NCBI GenBank assembly: GCA_002269645.1
Contig: NIVC01000213.1
Span: forward strand, 1 to 64,000
DNA from: Macrostomum lignano
Taxonomy: Eukaryota
Length of the DNA: 64,000 bases
Direction of reading: 5' to 3'
A program made the translations under genes and the position numbers. Below the pieces are notes generated by a model, which ran no database searches, was not told the origin of the DNA, and saw nothing but the letters and a program-made list of their open reading frames with translations. Position 1 is the first letter of the stretch. Every line of letters starts with the position of its first letter. Shown piece after piece: positions 12,986 to 27,242 of the stretch.

Positions 12986-14188
12986 GTAATTTTTTGGTTA
13001 AAGTAGAAATTAAAGAAAGTTAAAATCAGTATTATAGAATAATTTTGCTTATACAACTATGACTGATGATGTACTAGCTTTTAAAATGAATATTGCTAAC
13101 ATAAGCAATAAAAAGAACAAAAAGATTTGTTTTTATCTTTTGAATATGTACAAATGGGACTAATAGACACCATGCCTATGAAACTATTTAGGCCTTTGAA
13201 GTCTTATTTTTATATTGATAGTAGTGAAAAAATTGCACTTTTTATCCATTTTTTGCACTTTTAAGTAGGAAGACAACTAAGACCTAAACATTCTCTATAA
13301 AGAGCTTAGGATGGGTGCAAAATTTGGTGCCATTTGGTTGAGTGGTAGTGGTTTAGGAGTCCATAGCAAACAAATTGTATATAGACCCACATAGACAGAC
13401 TTAATATTTTTAGTGAAATAATTTTTAGTATATTGGATTTTTTTAATTATTTTTTTTATAAATTAACATTTCTAATTTAGTAAGTAAAATGTTTTTTAAC
13501 AATTACTTTTTAATTTCTTACTTTTAGAAATTTTTTAATTAAAGATGTTTTAATTACAAAGTTTTGCAAACAGATATTTACATTTTTCTAGCATACTATG
13601 TAATAGATTTGAGAGTGTAGCTATGGGTCATTCTATGAGAGGATCCATCATGTTTTTGAACTTCAATTTTTTTTAGTTTCAAAAAGCAGTCTGTATTATG
13701 GTTCAAAAGTCTCTTGTGAAATGACCTCTAGTAGATAAATAAATATAAATACTTTCAATTTCCAACTTTTTGAAACTTTTGCTAGACACTCAGGGGATAT
13801 CCAAAATTAAATATAGATAGATAATGTTAGTTTCTGTGAAAAATCTCCTTACCTTAAAACTTTCCATGCCCCAATTGTTAGCTATTAACCTCTTGGTTAG
13901 AGGGCCTTCCAAGGTCCAATAATTATCTATCTACTCTTAAAAAGACCCAATATATCAATATCCATGAAAAATATATAGTTAAATTATCTTTTAGACTTCA
14001 AGGTCTAGATTGTATAATAGTGTATGTCAGAACAAGAATCTTATTGTAGCTAAATATACACTAGTATATGCAAAAAACAGAAAATTTACATAAATTTCAT
14101 GACAAAAATTTTTCCTAAAGTCATTCAGTTTTTACAAGTTGATTGTGTAGAGTTTTCAAAACAAATTTTTATAAGAAAACCTCTTTAT

Positions 14189-15552
14189 GGGATGTTCCAT
14201 AAGTACTTATACTTTTGCATGCTGCTCAGGAACTACGCAACCAATCATTGTAAGTTTTATGTTGCTGGAAAGCGGCTTTACTCATCTTTAATCTGTCGCC
14301 AAAATCATTTCGTTCTGTCAACTATGTCAAAAGTTACAACAAAAAACGTAGTCAAAGGTCACCCATAGACTTACAAGAAATTTTCAAAATCAAAACTTCA
14401 AAGTTCAGCAGGCAGAGTTATTTCGGATTCTACATAATGCATTCTTTTTTGCTTCATAAGCGAATGCCACACCCTTTTCGTCTATGGAAAATACTGGCCT
14501 AAGCTTTCACAGCATCTTAATCTTAAGATCACAGCATCTTAATCTTGTAAAGTTTCACCACCTTGGCTGCTGCTGCATCACCATGGATGTGAACTCAAGG
14601 GAAGGACAGCGCGCTGCAATTTTTACCCTCTGGAAACTCGGAAAAAAGCGATCAGAGATTTATGCGGATTTATGCAACATTCATGGAGCTAATGCGGTGA
14701 GCAGGATGACCGTCTACAACTGGGTTGAGCAGTTCGAAGCAGGAAGGACCAATCCTCCGGTAAAAGCTCAAAGGGACGCACATGGAAAGAAGATCATGCT
14801 GTCTCTGTTTTTCGACTGCAATGGTCCTCTAACTGTCGAGTTTTTGGAGCCAAACACTACAATAAACTCTGAGCGCTACGTTGAAACGCTAACAAAGCTG
14901 CATCATGACATCCAGAACAAGCGTCGTGAAAATCCCAGACCTTTCATTCTTCATCATGACAATGCAAGGCCTCATACAGCACAAAAGACAGTCGAGGCAA
15001 TCAGCAAGCTGAAGCTCCATCTTCTACCTCACCCTCCTTACTCTCCAGACCTGGCACCAGCAGACTTTGCTTTATTTCCAGAGTTGAAGCGCCATCTGAA
15101 AGGACGCGTGTACGAGACCAGGAACCAGATCGAGGAGGAAGTCCGCAGAATTCTGCTGTATGTCATCCCCCGACAGCTGTACGCAGAAGCCATCAAAAGC
15201 ATGTTTAACAGGTGGACCAAGTGCATCAACTCCGGTGGAAACTACGTTGAGAAGGTGTCGGTACCGACTGAGGATGAGTGACAAAGAAGTCAAACTTTCT
15301 GTCATCAACAAGGCGCCTCTGTTTTCATGCTTGCCATTGTAGTTGTTGCTCTTTAAATTTCTTGTAAGTCTATGGGTGACCTTTGACTACGTTTTTTGTT
15401 GTAACTTTTGACATAGTTGACAGAACGAAATGATTTTGGCGACAGATTAAAGATGAGTAAAGCCGCTTTCCAGCGACATAAAACTTACAATGATTGGTTG
15501 CGTAGTTCCTGAGCAGCATGCAAAAGTATAAGTACTTATGGAACATCCCTCG
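14189..15552 (+). mobile_element. Mariner (DD34D)-family element with long ~195-bp TIRs, internally deleted
   Basis: 14189-14383 is the reverse complement of 15355-15549, with one mismatch seen (tatgttgctgga vs tatgtcgctgga). The right end is ...CATCCCTCG|TA. The left end reads TA-T-GGGATG, with the terminal CGA replaced by T. Encloses a transposase ORF. Confidence 0.93.
14583..15281 (+). CDS. Mariner transposase with an in-frame internal deletion (232 aa from ATG 14583)
   Basis: The N-terminal HTH-like segment (RAAIFTLWKLGKKRSEIYADL...TVYNWVEQFEAGR) is fused directly to PPVK...HGKKIMLSLFFD...TINSERY. It has HHDNARPH and PHPPYSPDLAPADF with 34 residues between the last two Asp. The WVPHEL linker and the first catalytic TGDE motif are absent. 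Confidence 0.9.
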   Translation: MDVNSREGQRAAIFTLWKLGKKRSEIYADLCNIHGANAVSRMTVYNWVEQFEAGRTNPPVKAQRDAHGKKIMLSLFFDCNGPLTVEFLEPNTTINSERYVETLTKLHHDIQNKRRENPRPFILHHDNARPHTAQKTVEAISKLKLHLLPHPPYSPDLAPADFALFPELKRHLKGRVYETRNQIEEEVRRILLYVIPRQLYAEAIKSMFNRWTKCINSGGNYVEKVSVPTEDE

Positions 15553-18500
15553 TAACAATATAACAAATATGTTCATTTAAATAAAAAAATTAAACATTTA
15601 AGAAAATGATGCATAGGCCTAATTTAAGTTTTTAGCTAGAAGGAATTTTCTTTTTTTACATAAACACATTTATTTACATTGAATCTTTCATGCTTGGCAT
15701 GAATTTGTTAATAAAAATCCATATAATAAAAATGGTCTGTCTATGTCTATATGATCAATTAGAGAAAAATAGCTAGACTGATTTTCTTTGAACCTACACT
15801 GTTCTTGGACTGGACTTGGACTGTTGTTTGTTATAATTAAAAACTTTTAGAATTCAACTTTTAATTTTATCATGAACATAAAAGCCTACCATGGCTCAAA
15901 GTTTAAATTTTATAATTTAGTATAATTATTTGCTTTTTTAACTGTTTTAGGATACAACAACAATAAGGAATAAAATTGCTTTAGCACATGGTATATAAAA
16001 GAAAAAATAGTTAAATTTTTTCAGTGCATATAGGACAGTACACCCTCTTGACTATATGGTGTCTACTAACAAATTTACTATTTCTTAGGGAAAATTCTGG
16101 CTTCTAGTCAATCTACTACAAGACAATCCGGTGTAGACAATTTGGCAATAGTCAAAGTGGTAACAAATGATCCGGCAACAGATTTTGATTTATAGATTTT
16201 ATATGAAATTTAGATACAAATGGGACTTTATATGCAGTTCTTTTATCTTAATCTTACATACTCCAGCTCCCAATGCTGCTCTTTGCCCACTTGCTGACGA
16301 TCTTTACCTGCTTGTTACATATGAAGAATTTATTTTAATTAGGACGGCATCTTTTCTAATAAAATGGAACACTGGCTATACTTCTGAAATAATTTAGGGT
16401 GGTGAAATCAAACATTTTAATGTAATAATGTTTGGAATTTTTTTACATACATGAGGATTGTTGGAGCTTCCCAGTTGACATCTCCATTAAGCTATGATGC
16501 AGAAAATAACTGTTGGATAGTTAGCATCTGATTATAAAACTAGTGTGCATTCCTTACTGAAAATAAAGAATGCATCAAAGCTATCAATTTAAATGTGATT
16601 TCCTTTTTTAAAGCAATGTACAAGAAAATAAGCTGTTGAAACTTGCAGATTTTAAACCTGCTAAATTTCATGCGGAACTCTTGCATACATTTCATTAAAA
16701 ATAAAAAAATAATATAATATAAATATATAAGGCCTAAAATTAATTATTAACAATTATACATAGGCCTAACAGTTATAATAGTTTTGATAGGCCTAATAGT
16801 AATACATATAAAAGCTCTCTAATGTGTCTCAATGTAAAATAGCCAATTTAATACCTTGTCACTAGATTGATTGTCGCCAGATTGTCTGTCGCTGGATCAT
16901 CCTATTGCCAGATTGACTGGATATTAAAATTCTCATGTGCAACAAGGTCCTAGAGAGTCCAATACTGCATGCATAGTATATATCAAAGATTAGGCAATTT
17001 TTTTTACTTGGGCTGATGCATTGATCCATATCATTGATGATGATATGGCAAGGTGGTTGGCTTTAGCTACATATAGGTGGGTTTATACATGTAGACTAAC
17101 TAAAAATGAAGCTCAAATTTGAAATTAACACCATTGAAAAACCCTATCATGGACAAAATTATAAGTCTTTAACCCTATCAAAACTGAAACTATTCTACAC
17201 CTATCTCCTTAAAGTTAAAGAAGGTCCCATACTGTAGGTCTACTGCCATGCCCATAGTCATAGCGACATAGGGCCTAGCCTAGCCATGGGATGGCATGGG
17301 CCTATCATTTCACAATCTGCTATAATATGAAAATCAATTAAATGAACAATAATTATTTATAATCGAAGCCAGTTTAATCCCCTTACAGTTTAATCCACCT
17401 AGAACTAGAAGACAGTAGATCATATATCCACAGTAAATTATATCATATCCTAACATCAAGTGTAGGCGAGCACTAGGCTTGGCAAAGGCCGCAGCAAAGC
17501 TCAGCCGAAATTCAATTTCGAGGACATGACATCGGAATTGGCCGTTGAACTAGGACTTCGTTGTGACGATGACGAGTGCCGTGCGAGGAGAGCTACCACT
17601 ACACTACTACAACAGTATTGTCCGCGCGCATGCTGCTTCCAGTAAAAAAAATTTGAACTGACAGCTGATTCGTTTTAGGTTTTTAAACACCTATTACTAA
17701 TGCTAAATTAAGGTATAATAAGAGCAATTACTTTATGTAAATTTAAAGCTTTATCATTTACTCTTTTACTGAATTTGTTTTAATAGTTGCTGCAAACTTT
17801 AAAGTTTAAAACACACAACACAGGGTCTTCCTAGGGGCAAAGTCAAAACGAGGGCATCGCGAGTTTACACCATTCAAACTTTGTAATACCAAATTGTATC
17901 TGTTTTCTAATGAGTATGGCCGGTTAAATCTTGCATTAAACTGTGAATTATAAATAATTTTACTATAATCTAAGTAAAATTAGTCTTTTTCGCTCCTCTA
18001 AAAGACAAAATATGTCCTTTTCAGCGATAATTTTTTTGGCGGAAATTCAACCACGTTGAACACGTGTGAAAAAAATCTATATAATTTACAAATAAGGGCT
18101 AAAAATGTAGGAATTAATATAGATGGTGAAAGTTTTGAGTTAATTTGCATTAAATGCATGCATGAGTAATGCTTTATTTGCATAAACCCTACTGTAGTTC
18201 GAATATTCTTCGTTTTGGTAGTAAACATTGATTATGACATCCCACCTATATGCTCATATGAGAATATGTTAAAAACTAATCTAAATTGATGTATCCAATT
18301 GGATTATTCACTTTTACATTTTAGAAATTAATTTAGCATAAAATCGATGCTTTTTATTGAAAAAGCCTAATATATTACTTATTGTATAACATTCTATAAC
18401 AATATAAAAATACTTTTTAATAGTTAGAGAGCACAAAGTGATTTTCTCCAGTAGTCTGTTGCATCAAAATGAATAATTGCCAGCTTTTAGAATTGAAATA

Positions 18501-21500
18501 TGTTATTACACACCTATCAAGCTTGAAGCATTTTTTTTTCTTTACTAAATGGTACTCTTTGTTGGCTCTTAAATGCCATAAATGTTAGTTTTTGTCATGA
18601 TTTTTTTCTCCGGAAGCCCACTGTGTGGAGCATGTACAATGAAAAGCTTAGATATTTCATCAAGGCACTGCAAAGAACCCTATAAAGAAGCATTTTTTTT
18701 GGCTTTGCAGCAGGGAAAACCTAATATAATTTTATTGCCATTTAATGTATAATTTGTAATGAATTAGGCTTTAGTTATTTTTAATGATAGTTATTATGCT
18801 TATTTCATACTGAATAAGTTGAGGTAAATTTTGTAAAAATTACTTTGAAGTTGAACATCTTTTTATTGACCATCACTTAAAATTTTTTATGACTAGCAAT
18901 TCTAGTCTAAGATCACCAGATTAATCAGATTTCACTTACTAACACCAAATAATCAGGTCTGATTGACTTTAAATTTACTTTAAATTCATTGGTCTGCTTA
19001 ACTGACATCAGATTTACCTAGGATCAATAATTTTGGGGCATCATGAAGGTTATAGCATTGTAACAGACTATGTAATCATGCTTAAATAACTTGGAACTCA
19101 TAATTTAATATCTTGAAATCTGCATGGTGCTAGAATCCTATTGGAATAGAAAGAAGACAGCAAAAAATACAGACAAAGCATTCACTCATTTTATCTCTCT
19201 AATAATAAAATGTTCATCTCCACAGATGTACCTTTCAGCTGTTCGGAAACGGAATGAAAATAAAAATCGCTACAAATCGCTACACGCAGCAACAACTTGT
19301 GTCGACATAATTGACAACCATTGTAGAGAACCCCACCTCTTATGTTCGGCGGGTAGTCGATCAGAATCCAGTCTGGCGCATCGCTGCAAGTTGGACTCTG
19401 TCACTCAGCTTTGTTCGACACAAGCAGATTTTGAGCACAGTCTGGCAGTATGCTGCACTTCAGTTTCAGCAGGGCCAATCTGAGCTGCTCGAGCAGAGTT
19501 TGAGAACACTGGCAGTATGTGCTGCCTTATTTTCACTTTTACGTTGCAATTTGGCCTCTTTTGTTTAGACTTTTCTGCGTTTGCTCTGGCATGAGAGTAC
19601 GAGCCCTCTTCAGCGTGGTAGCGTTGTAACGTTCTAGCTTTGAAAGCTAGGATGCTTTTATTTTGACTATAGCATACTCCTTATATAATTAATAAGTGCT
19701 TTTTAAGCTCAACCAGCTATGTACCTGTGATGTGTGGCTGCCAGCAGCCACATATTAGTTTATGGGTATATGCTTGGCTTATAGACCCACAATTGATAGA
19801 CTGCAGGAACAAGCGCGAAACGATTGATGAGCTCTTGCTTAATTTCAACAAATATATGAGTAAACGAGCCTACGATTTAAAACACGACTTCCCAAACACA
19901 TTGATCTGATAATAAAAAGTTTTATTAATAAAGCAGCATCAGCTCAAATATTTCAATCTATGGCCATGGACGTATAGAGCAGTCTGCACAGATCAGAACA
20001 GAAAATCAATATGGCTACCTCAAGAAGGGTAAAAAAGATATCTGGGTAGGGGGCATGGTTATGCTCCTATCCAAACAGTTTCAATACAAATGTGAATCTC
20101 ACAGAGCTCTAAATGAAGCTCTTAATGCCTCTTGATTTAGTGAAAAAGATGAACAGGCAACAGAAATAGGTTCTAGAATTTTTAGGCACAAGTAATAAAT
20201 TCCTGAAGCAGAAGTTTTATTAACTTAAATGCAAAACAATATTTTTGGTATAGGCACTAGGCCCATACAATAAAACACACTATAAAACATAAGGTTCTAA
20301 AAAGGTGTGTCTTGTGGTCTGAGAGAAAATGTAGGCCACATAGCCACCAGAATCTTGGGTGCCAGAATCCAAAAGTAGCAGCGCAGCACCTGAACCAGTT
20401 GTGGGCAGAAGTGGCCTGCTAGGTGCAGGAGTCGCCAACATTGCAACAGGTTGCTCAGACAGATCAGGTTGGTTCATGGAGAAAGCACTAGACTCACTCA
20501 ACCAAATGTAAAGGTAACATACAGCAAGTCCACCAGTTTCATTGTTTAAGTAAGGCCTCAGGTTTAAAGCTCAGAATGAAAGGCATATCATAAAATGCAG
20601 CTGAGAAGATCTCCCAAAGAAGTCCTGGCATGGTTGAAATTAAAGTGAAAAACATTTAACATATTTTACTTACATTTAAGTCTAAAAAACTTCTACTAAA
20701 GCAAGTTAAGAATTTAATGGTATATTAAATATACAATAGTATAAAAGGAAACACTCCTGCTAGGCATTTAAAGCCAGTTTGTAAACAATAAAATATATAA
20801 TAAAATAATGCTATATTCTAATTTTTTAAAAAGCAAATATATTAGGTTTTGCATTTTTAACTTTTAACATGTTCTAAGTTCTTAAAGCTCATAATGTGAG
20901 TTTTAAATGAAATAAATGTAACAAATAATGCAAATGAAAACATATTGCAATTATACATTTTAAAGAACAGTGCATGTCACATTTTATATAGCTTTTTACT
21001 TGCAAATTATATGAAACTAGAAAGTTTAAGTTTAAAAAAAGTTATTACCTGTTTTACTTGCTACTTGTTAATTATTTAGCAATTTAAATTATATATATAC
21101 TTAAAAGTGCATAGTGATGGCTATAATAAACAGTATCATTATCAGTAATCATAAGGTAGATTATCACTTAGCTAAGGCCCAATGGCTTTTGTAAAAAAGC
21201 ATATATCAGTTTCGAAGTAATTCTAAGCTGTAAAGCTGTACAAAATTTTATATTTACATTATATTTTTATTACTACGTCATTAGCAAAAAATCAAATAGG
21301 CCTAATACATGGACAGTTAAATATAAATAGCAATCTGAACTAGACTACAAATTATGCCTCAGAACAAAAATATAGTTAAACAAGAGCGAGGGTGGATAAA
21401 GCTATTTTATAAAAAAAACTTGATAGACACCTTTATTTGTCATTCTATTCAGTAAAATTATTTAAACCTCAGTCTCATGAGTCATTTGCCTATTCATAAG

Positions 21501-24500
21501 CCGTGGCTTATAAAATAAAGCATATATCTAGAATCCTCGATCGATTATTGTTCATAAATTAGATAAGCAGAAAATTGATGCTAGACGTTTGCAATGCTTG
21601 AAATACAGAAGTCAGTAATCAATATCTAAATCTCATATTTAATTCAATCCAAAAAAGTTTGCTGATATTTCACATCCGTAAGAAGAACCAGGCCAAACAT
21701 CAATAATAAAGTACTTATTAACATGAAACTGATAAATAAATTAACGAGAGTATTTCAGAACACAAACAGGCGCGACGTAAACAAAGTAAGCAGTTTAACA
21801 AAATCCAGCTTAATATTTATTTAAAAAATATCTATTGCAATATTTACCTAATTTTTTCAGATAAAAACTACTTTTACGGGTTTGTATAAAACATTTATTT
21901 TTAGAATACTATATTTAGTTTCTGATTCTGCGTCTGTACAGTTCCGTAAAAGTTAAGATTAACAAATGGGTAGGAAATTTATTAAGAGGTGTATTTTGTG
22001 CTTTAAAAATGTTTTTTTGAGACCACTTAACGAAAATATAAAAAATTGTATAAAAAATTACCAATTGAAACAACAAATTTTTTTCTACATTTTCTGACTC
22101 CCCAGTTTTGACTTTAACCGCCTAAAACACATTTTTCTCTTACTATAAGTTGAAATACAGATCGCGCGAAGTGAGTGTACGTTTCGTTGTTATGTTAAAA
22201 TATTAATTCACAAACTTAATTTTCAATTAGTTACAGAGCCGGACTCTAATAAAAAAGGGAAATTGGTTTATTTATAAGTTTCTTTATAAACCCACATACT
22301 TTCGATGGTATTCGTGTATTCCTAGAGGCTTTTCATATTACCAATTCCAGAATCAGAATCGGTTCGGATCTTCTAAGAAAAACAGCAGTATAACTAATCA
22401 ATTCTGTTGATTTTTGACTGCCTTAACAACCTCACTTAGCACATTTTTCACTTTCTTGGCGATTGTCATTCAATAATAAAAGCTTTACAGAATGTATCTC
22501 CCTACTCCCTCTAGTAATGGAGACAAAAAGTTATACTTCACAAATTGGTTCTGGTTCTGGAACCAGAACAAGCAATATAAAAAGGCCCCTAATCTCCAGA
22601 TTTCCTATGCCCCATCAATTATTTGATGGCCAGATCCCATAGCAGGACGAACTGGACGAGGCTGTTTTAAATCTCTATGGGAGGTACAATGGTTGTGTGC
22701 GCTGCTGGTTGGCCTTTCATTGGCTGAAATGTGCAAAAAAGTTTTTTAAAATTTAGAGCAAGAGCAGGGGACTGAAAGATTGCCATGGACTGTTAGGGTA
22801 CCTGTTATTGTTAGCTTAGCCTATGGCAGGTTATACTCTGTTTTTTGTGGATAAATTGCCTGCCTAGATTTGCCTGCAGGAGATTTGCCTATTAAATTTT
22901 TTCTGCTAAGCTTTTCCTGCCAAGATTTTCCTGTAGTGAATTTTCCCATGAGCAAATGCCCATGGTCATAGAAATTTAACCACTGAGAATTGCTTGCTAA
23001 GATTTGCCTTCAATGCTTTTTTTCCTATGGTGCATTTAGCCATAGGCCCTATGGCAGATTTTTTCTGCATTGCCTTCCTAATGCTTAGGGATGCCCGTCA
23101 AAATGGCCACACGCGTGACACGCGGAACAACCATACGACAAAACAGCCATACCGTCAAAACAGCCACACGACAAAATGGCCACATAAAACAAAAGGGTTG
23201 CAGATTGACTTTGTTCTATTTGTTATGTTAAGGAAGCTTCGTTATGTTAATTATTTTTAGCTTTGGTACTTGCATTAGCATCAAATGCAAAAGAAGTGAA
23301 TGCATTGAGATATTGTAAAATTTATGTAAGCCAAAAAGGATCCAAAAGCAAAGACAAAATTGTATTTTATGGAGCAACCAGCAGTTACCAGTTATGCAAA
23401 TTTTTAAAAGATGCTAAAATAGTTATGTAAAAAAGTTAAAATCTTTCTTATTCTTAATCTTTCTACTTAAATGTACATTCAACCCTCCACTTCTCTTATC
23501 TCTTATTATTACAAATTATTACATCGTGTGGCCATTTTGACAGCACCCCAATGCTTAGGCCTAGTGAGTTTTAATAAAGTCAAAGAGATCAAAGTAAGGC
23601 CTACCCAATCAAAAATTTTTGATAATAATTGCATATCAAATCAATTTCATATTTTTTCACTATAGGCCTACTTGGAGACATGGCTGTCATGTCTAGGCCT
23701 ATAATCCAAAAGCTTATAAAAATAGCAGCTATGTCTCTAATGGTGATTAGGCCTATATTTATAGATATGGCTAGGCTACTATGTCTATTATAATATTGAA
23801 TTCTGGTTGTTTCGTCCCTAAACTATTTTGGCCATGGTCCCTGGACATTTTGCCCCTAGGCATAGACCATTTCACCTATTAGTAAAGTATTAATTCATTA
23901 TAGTTGTCAAATAGACTACAAAAAAAGCTTTTGAATGACTCTAGCATAAAGATAGAAGATTAAGACTGATAAGAGCTACAGCAATTTTTAGACACCATAA
24001 ACATCCAGAGTGGTACTTTAAAAGACCCATTTTTATGAAAATAAAAATAATGGTCAACAATTTGCATACTACTTATAGTAGGAAGTCAAAAATGTTACTA
24101 ACTATAATATACAAGTATTATTTTGACATGAAAGTAATAAAAAATAAGGTAAATGGAAAAGTATACAATGACAAAGCAAAGAATAGTACTTCAAAAAAAT
24201 TTTCTTTACCTTTTTTTCTAATCCCCATATATTTGGAGATATAGAAAAATAGTCTATATGTACAAAAAATATCAAAAAATTATGGTAACAAAAATCTATA
24301 AAATAACAAAATAACACCTGAAACATTAAAATTGGTTATGAAATAAAAGAGTTAGAACATTTTACTGCAAAAACATGCTTTTTGCCTAAAAATGGCACAG
24401 TTTTAGTGTATTTGAAAAAGAAAAAACACTATTTTTGAAACAAAAAACTTCATAACTTTTTTATTACATAATCAATTTTCAAAAAACTAGTGTTATTTCA

Positions 24501-25240
24501 CTCATAACATCCAGGGTTACAACATGGCATAATTAAAAATTTGAATTTTGAAAAAAAAATTTCACTGGACCCCTACCCATAGTCCATTTTGCCCATAAAC
24601 CAGTTTGGCTATATGCATTTTGGCCGGAATGGGATTATATAATTTAGAGATACAGCCATGTATTTATCTTTCTTTTTATTTTCAATGCTAATTTTTAATT
24701 TTAATGTGTAAAAAACTATGATCTGAATTGTTGCTACATAATTGTGTTATTGCAATTTTATGTAATATGATTGTGAATTATTACAAGTTTTTTAAGTCAT
24801 TTCTTTCAAAAGTGTGACAATTAAAGCCAATTTGAACAGCTGAGGATAAGAAAGGGTTTTAGTTATAGTAAAGTAAAGCTAGAAATACTACAAGAATAAG
24901 ATTTGTTACCAAAATCAAAAATCAAAGCATAGAGTTTAAAACCGTAAAGTTTAGAAATGGTCTATGCGCAAAATGGTGTAAGGGCAAAATGTCCATGGCC
25001 AAAATGGTTTGGCATTCTTTTGTTTTATAATCCCTGAGCAAGTCAAGTTTCATCTTATAATCCCTATTAAAAGAGTCAAAAAGACAATCTAGTTTATCAA
25101 AATAGTATGTTTCACATTTATTTTCCAAGAAAAAATCACTGCAACTAACTTTCCAGTCAACTTAAATCATCACTACAACTCACTTTTAAGTTTTCAGTCA
25201 ACTTGAGGATTGTGGGCATAGCATGGTTATGAAAGGACAT

Positions 25241-25852
25241 AGCTTATATTCACTTTCATTATACAATCATTTAAATGGTGAAATATATGTAGATGATCAC
25301 ATGACAAAACCAAAAAAGCTTGTAGGTTTCGAATTACAATTACCACCTTAGTAGAATTGTATTGGAGGGATTGTATGATAGAAGTGAACCATCTTGATCC
25401 TATCACATTCAAAGTGAACTAATACATCTCCATAAACAATCTATAGGGTACAAGAAGAAACTGTATAAGTATTTGTTATAAAATTTGCATGCGCTGGTGC
25501 CCCCCCCCCTCACTTTTGTCATACGATCACCCCTTGGTATAACACATAGGTCCAATAGGGGATTGTAAGACAAAAGTAAGGGGGTGTACCCAAAAAGGGT
25601 ACAATATAGTTTATTTAGCAAAAAACTCTAAAAAAACTAAAAAATACCCTCATACTTTTTTATGCAATTGATTGTTTACTTGAAATGTCTATTATAGCAA
25701 CCATTTCCTACCATTTTGTCATACAATCCCTCCAATATAATTTTAACATTGGTGTGATTGTAATTCCAAACCTACAAGCTCTTTCGGTTTGTCTTGCGAT
25801 CATCTGCATATAAATTCCATTTAAATGAATATATAACAAAAGTAAATATAAG
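25241..25852. mobile_element. Decayed nested inverted-repeat (MITE or foldback-like) relic
   Basis: About 25241-25385 matches the reverse complement of about 25714-25852 (e.g. attggagggattgtatga / tcatacaatccctccaat; agcttgtaggttt / aaacctacaagct). An inner hairpin lies at about 25503-25586 (cacttttgtcatacgatc / gattgtaagacaaaagta). Confidence 0.6.
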
Positions 25853-27242
25853 GACAGGCTTCTAACTTCTATAAGACACAAGATTTTATGTTAAAATGAT
25901 ATGCTTAGAAAGTGGTCCCATTTTGAAGTTTAATTTTGAGAGCAATTTTCCATCCTCTGTGGGGGGATTGTATAACGAAAGTCCCAACTCCCATAGGGAC
26001 AGTGCTAGGTGATCATAAAACGAAAGAATGCCAATCGTTTATGGACAAAATGACTAAGCACATTGTGTTAAGATTTGAGGCTTTAGGAGGAATAGGCCTA
26101 GAGGATTGAAAAGTTTGAGTTTAATGATACTAAAATATTTGTATTCAATATAATTTGGTATTTTGTCTTCAAATCAGTTTTGTCAGATATTTGAATCAAA
26201 TCAAATAGGTTCAAAAATTTCATTTTGTCTAATTTCTATTTGCAATTTTATTCATTTGTATTATTTAAATTTGCCTTTTGCTTATATATAATACTCATAT
26301 ATTGGCAAATCATGGGAGTTTATTGAAGTCCCTATCTATACCTATGAAATGAGAACTGTCTATGACTATATATATATATATATAAATTACATTGCTATAA
26401 TGGGCTTTTAAACTACCTAATTACCAAATTATATCAAATTTGGCACCTACCCTAAACTTAGTATAGAAAAGGCTACTTTAAAATGTCCTAAATTCAATTT
26501 TTGTAAGCCTATCCCAAAGTGCAAAAACTGCAAAAAATATGATTTTTCACCTACTTCTTTATAACATTGTTCCACTTTTACCAATCCTCTTTAAATTTGA
26601 CACAAACAATCTTTAACTACTTGTATTTTGATACAATTCTATAGTTCAACTGTAAGTCTCAAAGTTATTTTTGAAATCCTAAATGGCTGCTTTGCACTTT
26701 TTAAATTAGTTTGCTTTTTATCATCCAGACAAATCCTAACCTCTACTTCCCTCTTTCCCTTTGTTATCTAGCCAGATGTGTAAAAAGGTTTTTAAAATTG
26801 ACTGACTTTTGGCTATTATAAGTTTGCTCCAATCAAAGCAATTGATTTTCAAACATGACACAATTCTTTATTGACTTCTTTGTCTTATAAAGTCTCAAGT
26901 TCTCAATTCTGTGATCAACCTGGATAGAAACTACAGTGTTTTGACATTTTAATGGCCTCTGTGACCCCATGAAAAGACTATAAGCAACTAGGATAATTTA
27001 ATAAGAAATTCTAGCCATTGTCCTACAAAATAGGAGAAAAAAGAGAACAAATAAAAGGGAAGAGAATAAAGAGGAAAAGGAAGAGAGGATAGGTGACCAA
27101 TGAGAAAGGTAAAGAGAAAAGTTTCAAATGCCTCAAATTTTAATTTAGCACAAATTTACCACAATTTTGTTTATCTCTTTGTCTAACAATTGTCAAATTT
27201 TTGTTTGAGTATGGCCGTTCATATTAAGAAATGTAAGAAAAA

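Noticed and set aside
14099-15576. Twin ORFs 14099-14368 (+) and 15370-15576 (-) with the same peptide
   Set aside because: They are chance translation of the two mariner TIRs.
19124-20501. Short ORFs at 19.1-19.6 kb and 20.3-20.5 kb
   Set aside because: Slightly GC-richer islands, but with no recognisable motif or consistent splice chain.
22335-22480. Minus-strand peptide AKKVKNVLSEVVKAV resembling a hAT transposase segment
   Set aside because: Too short and degenerate to support a call without a profile search.
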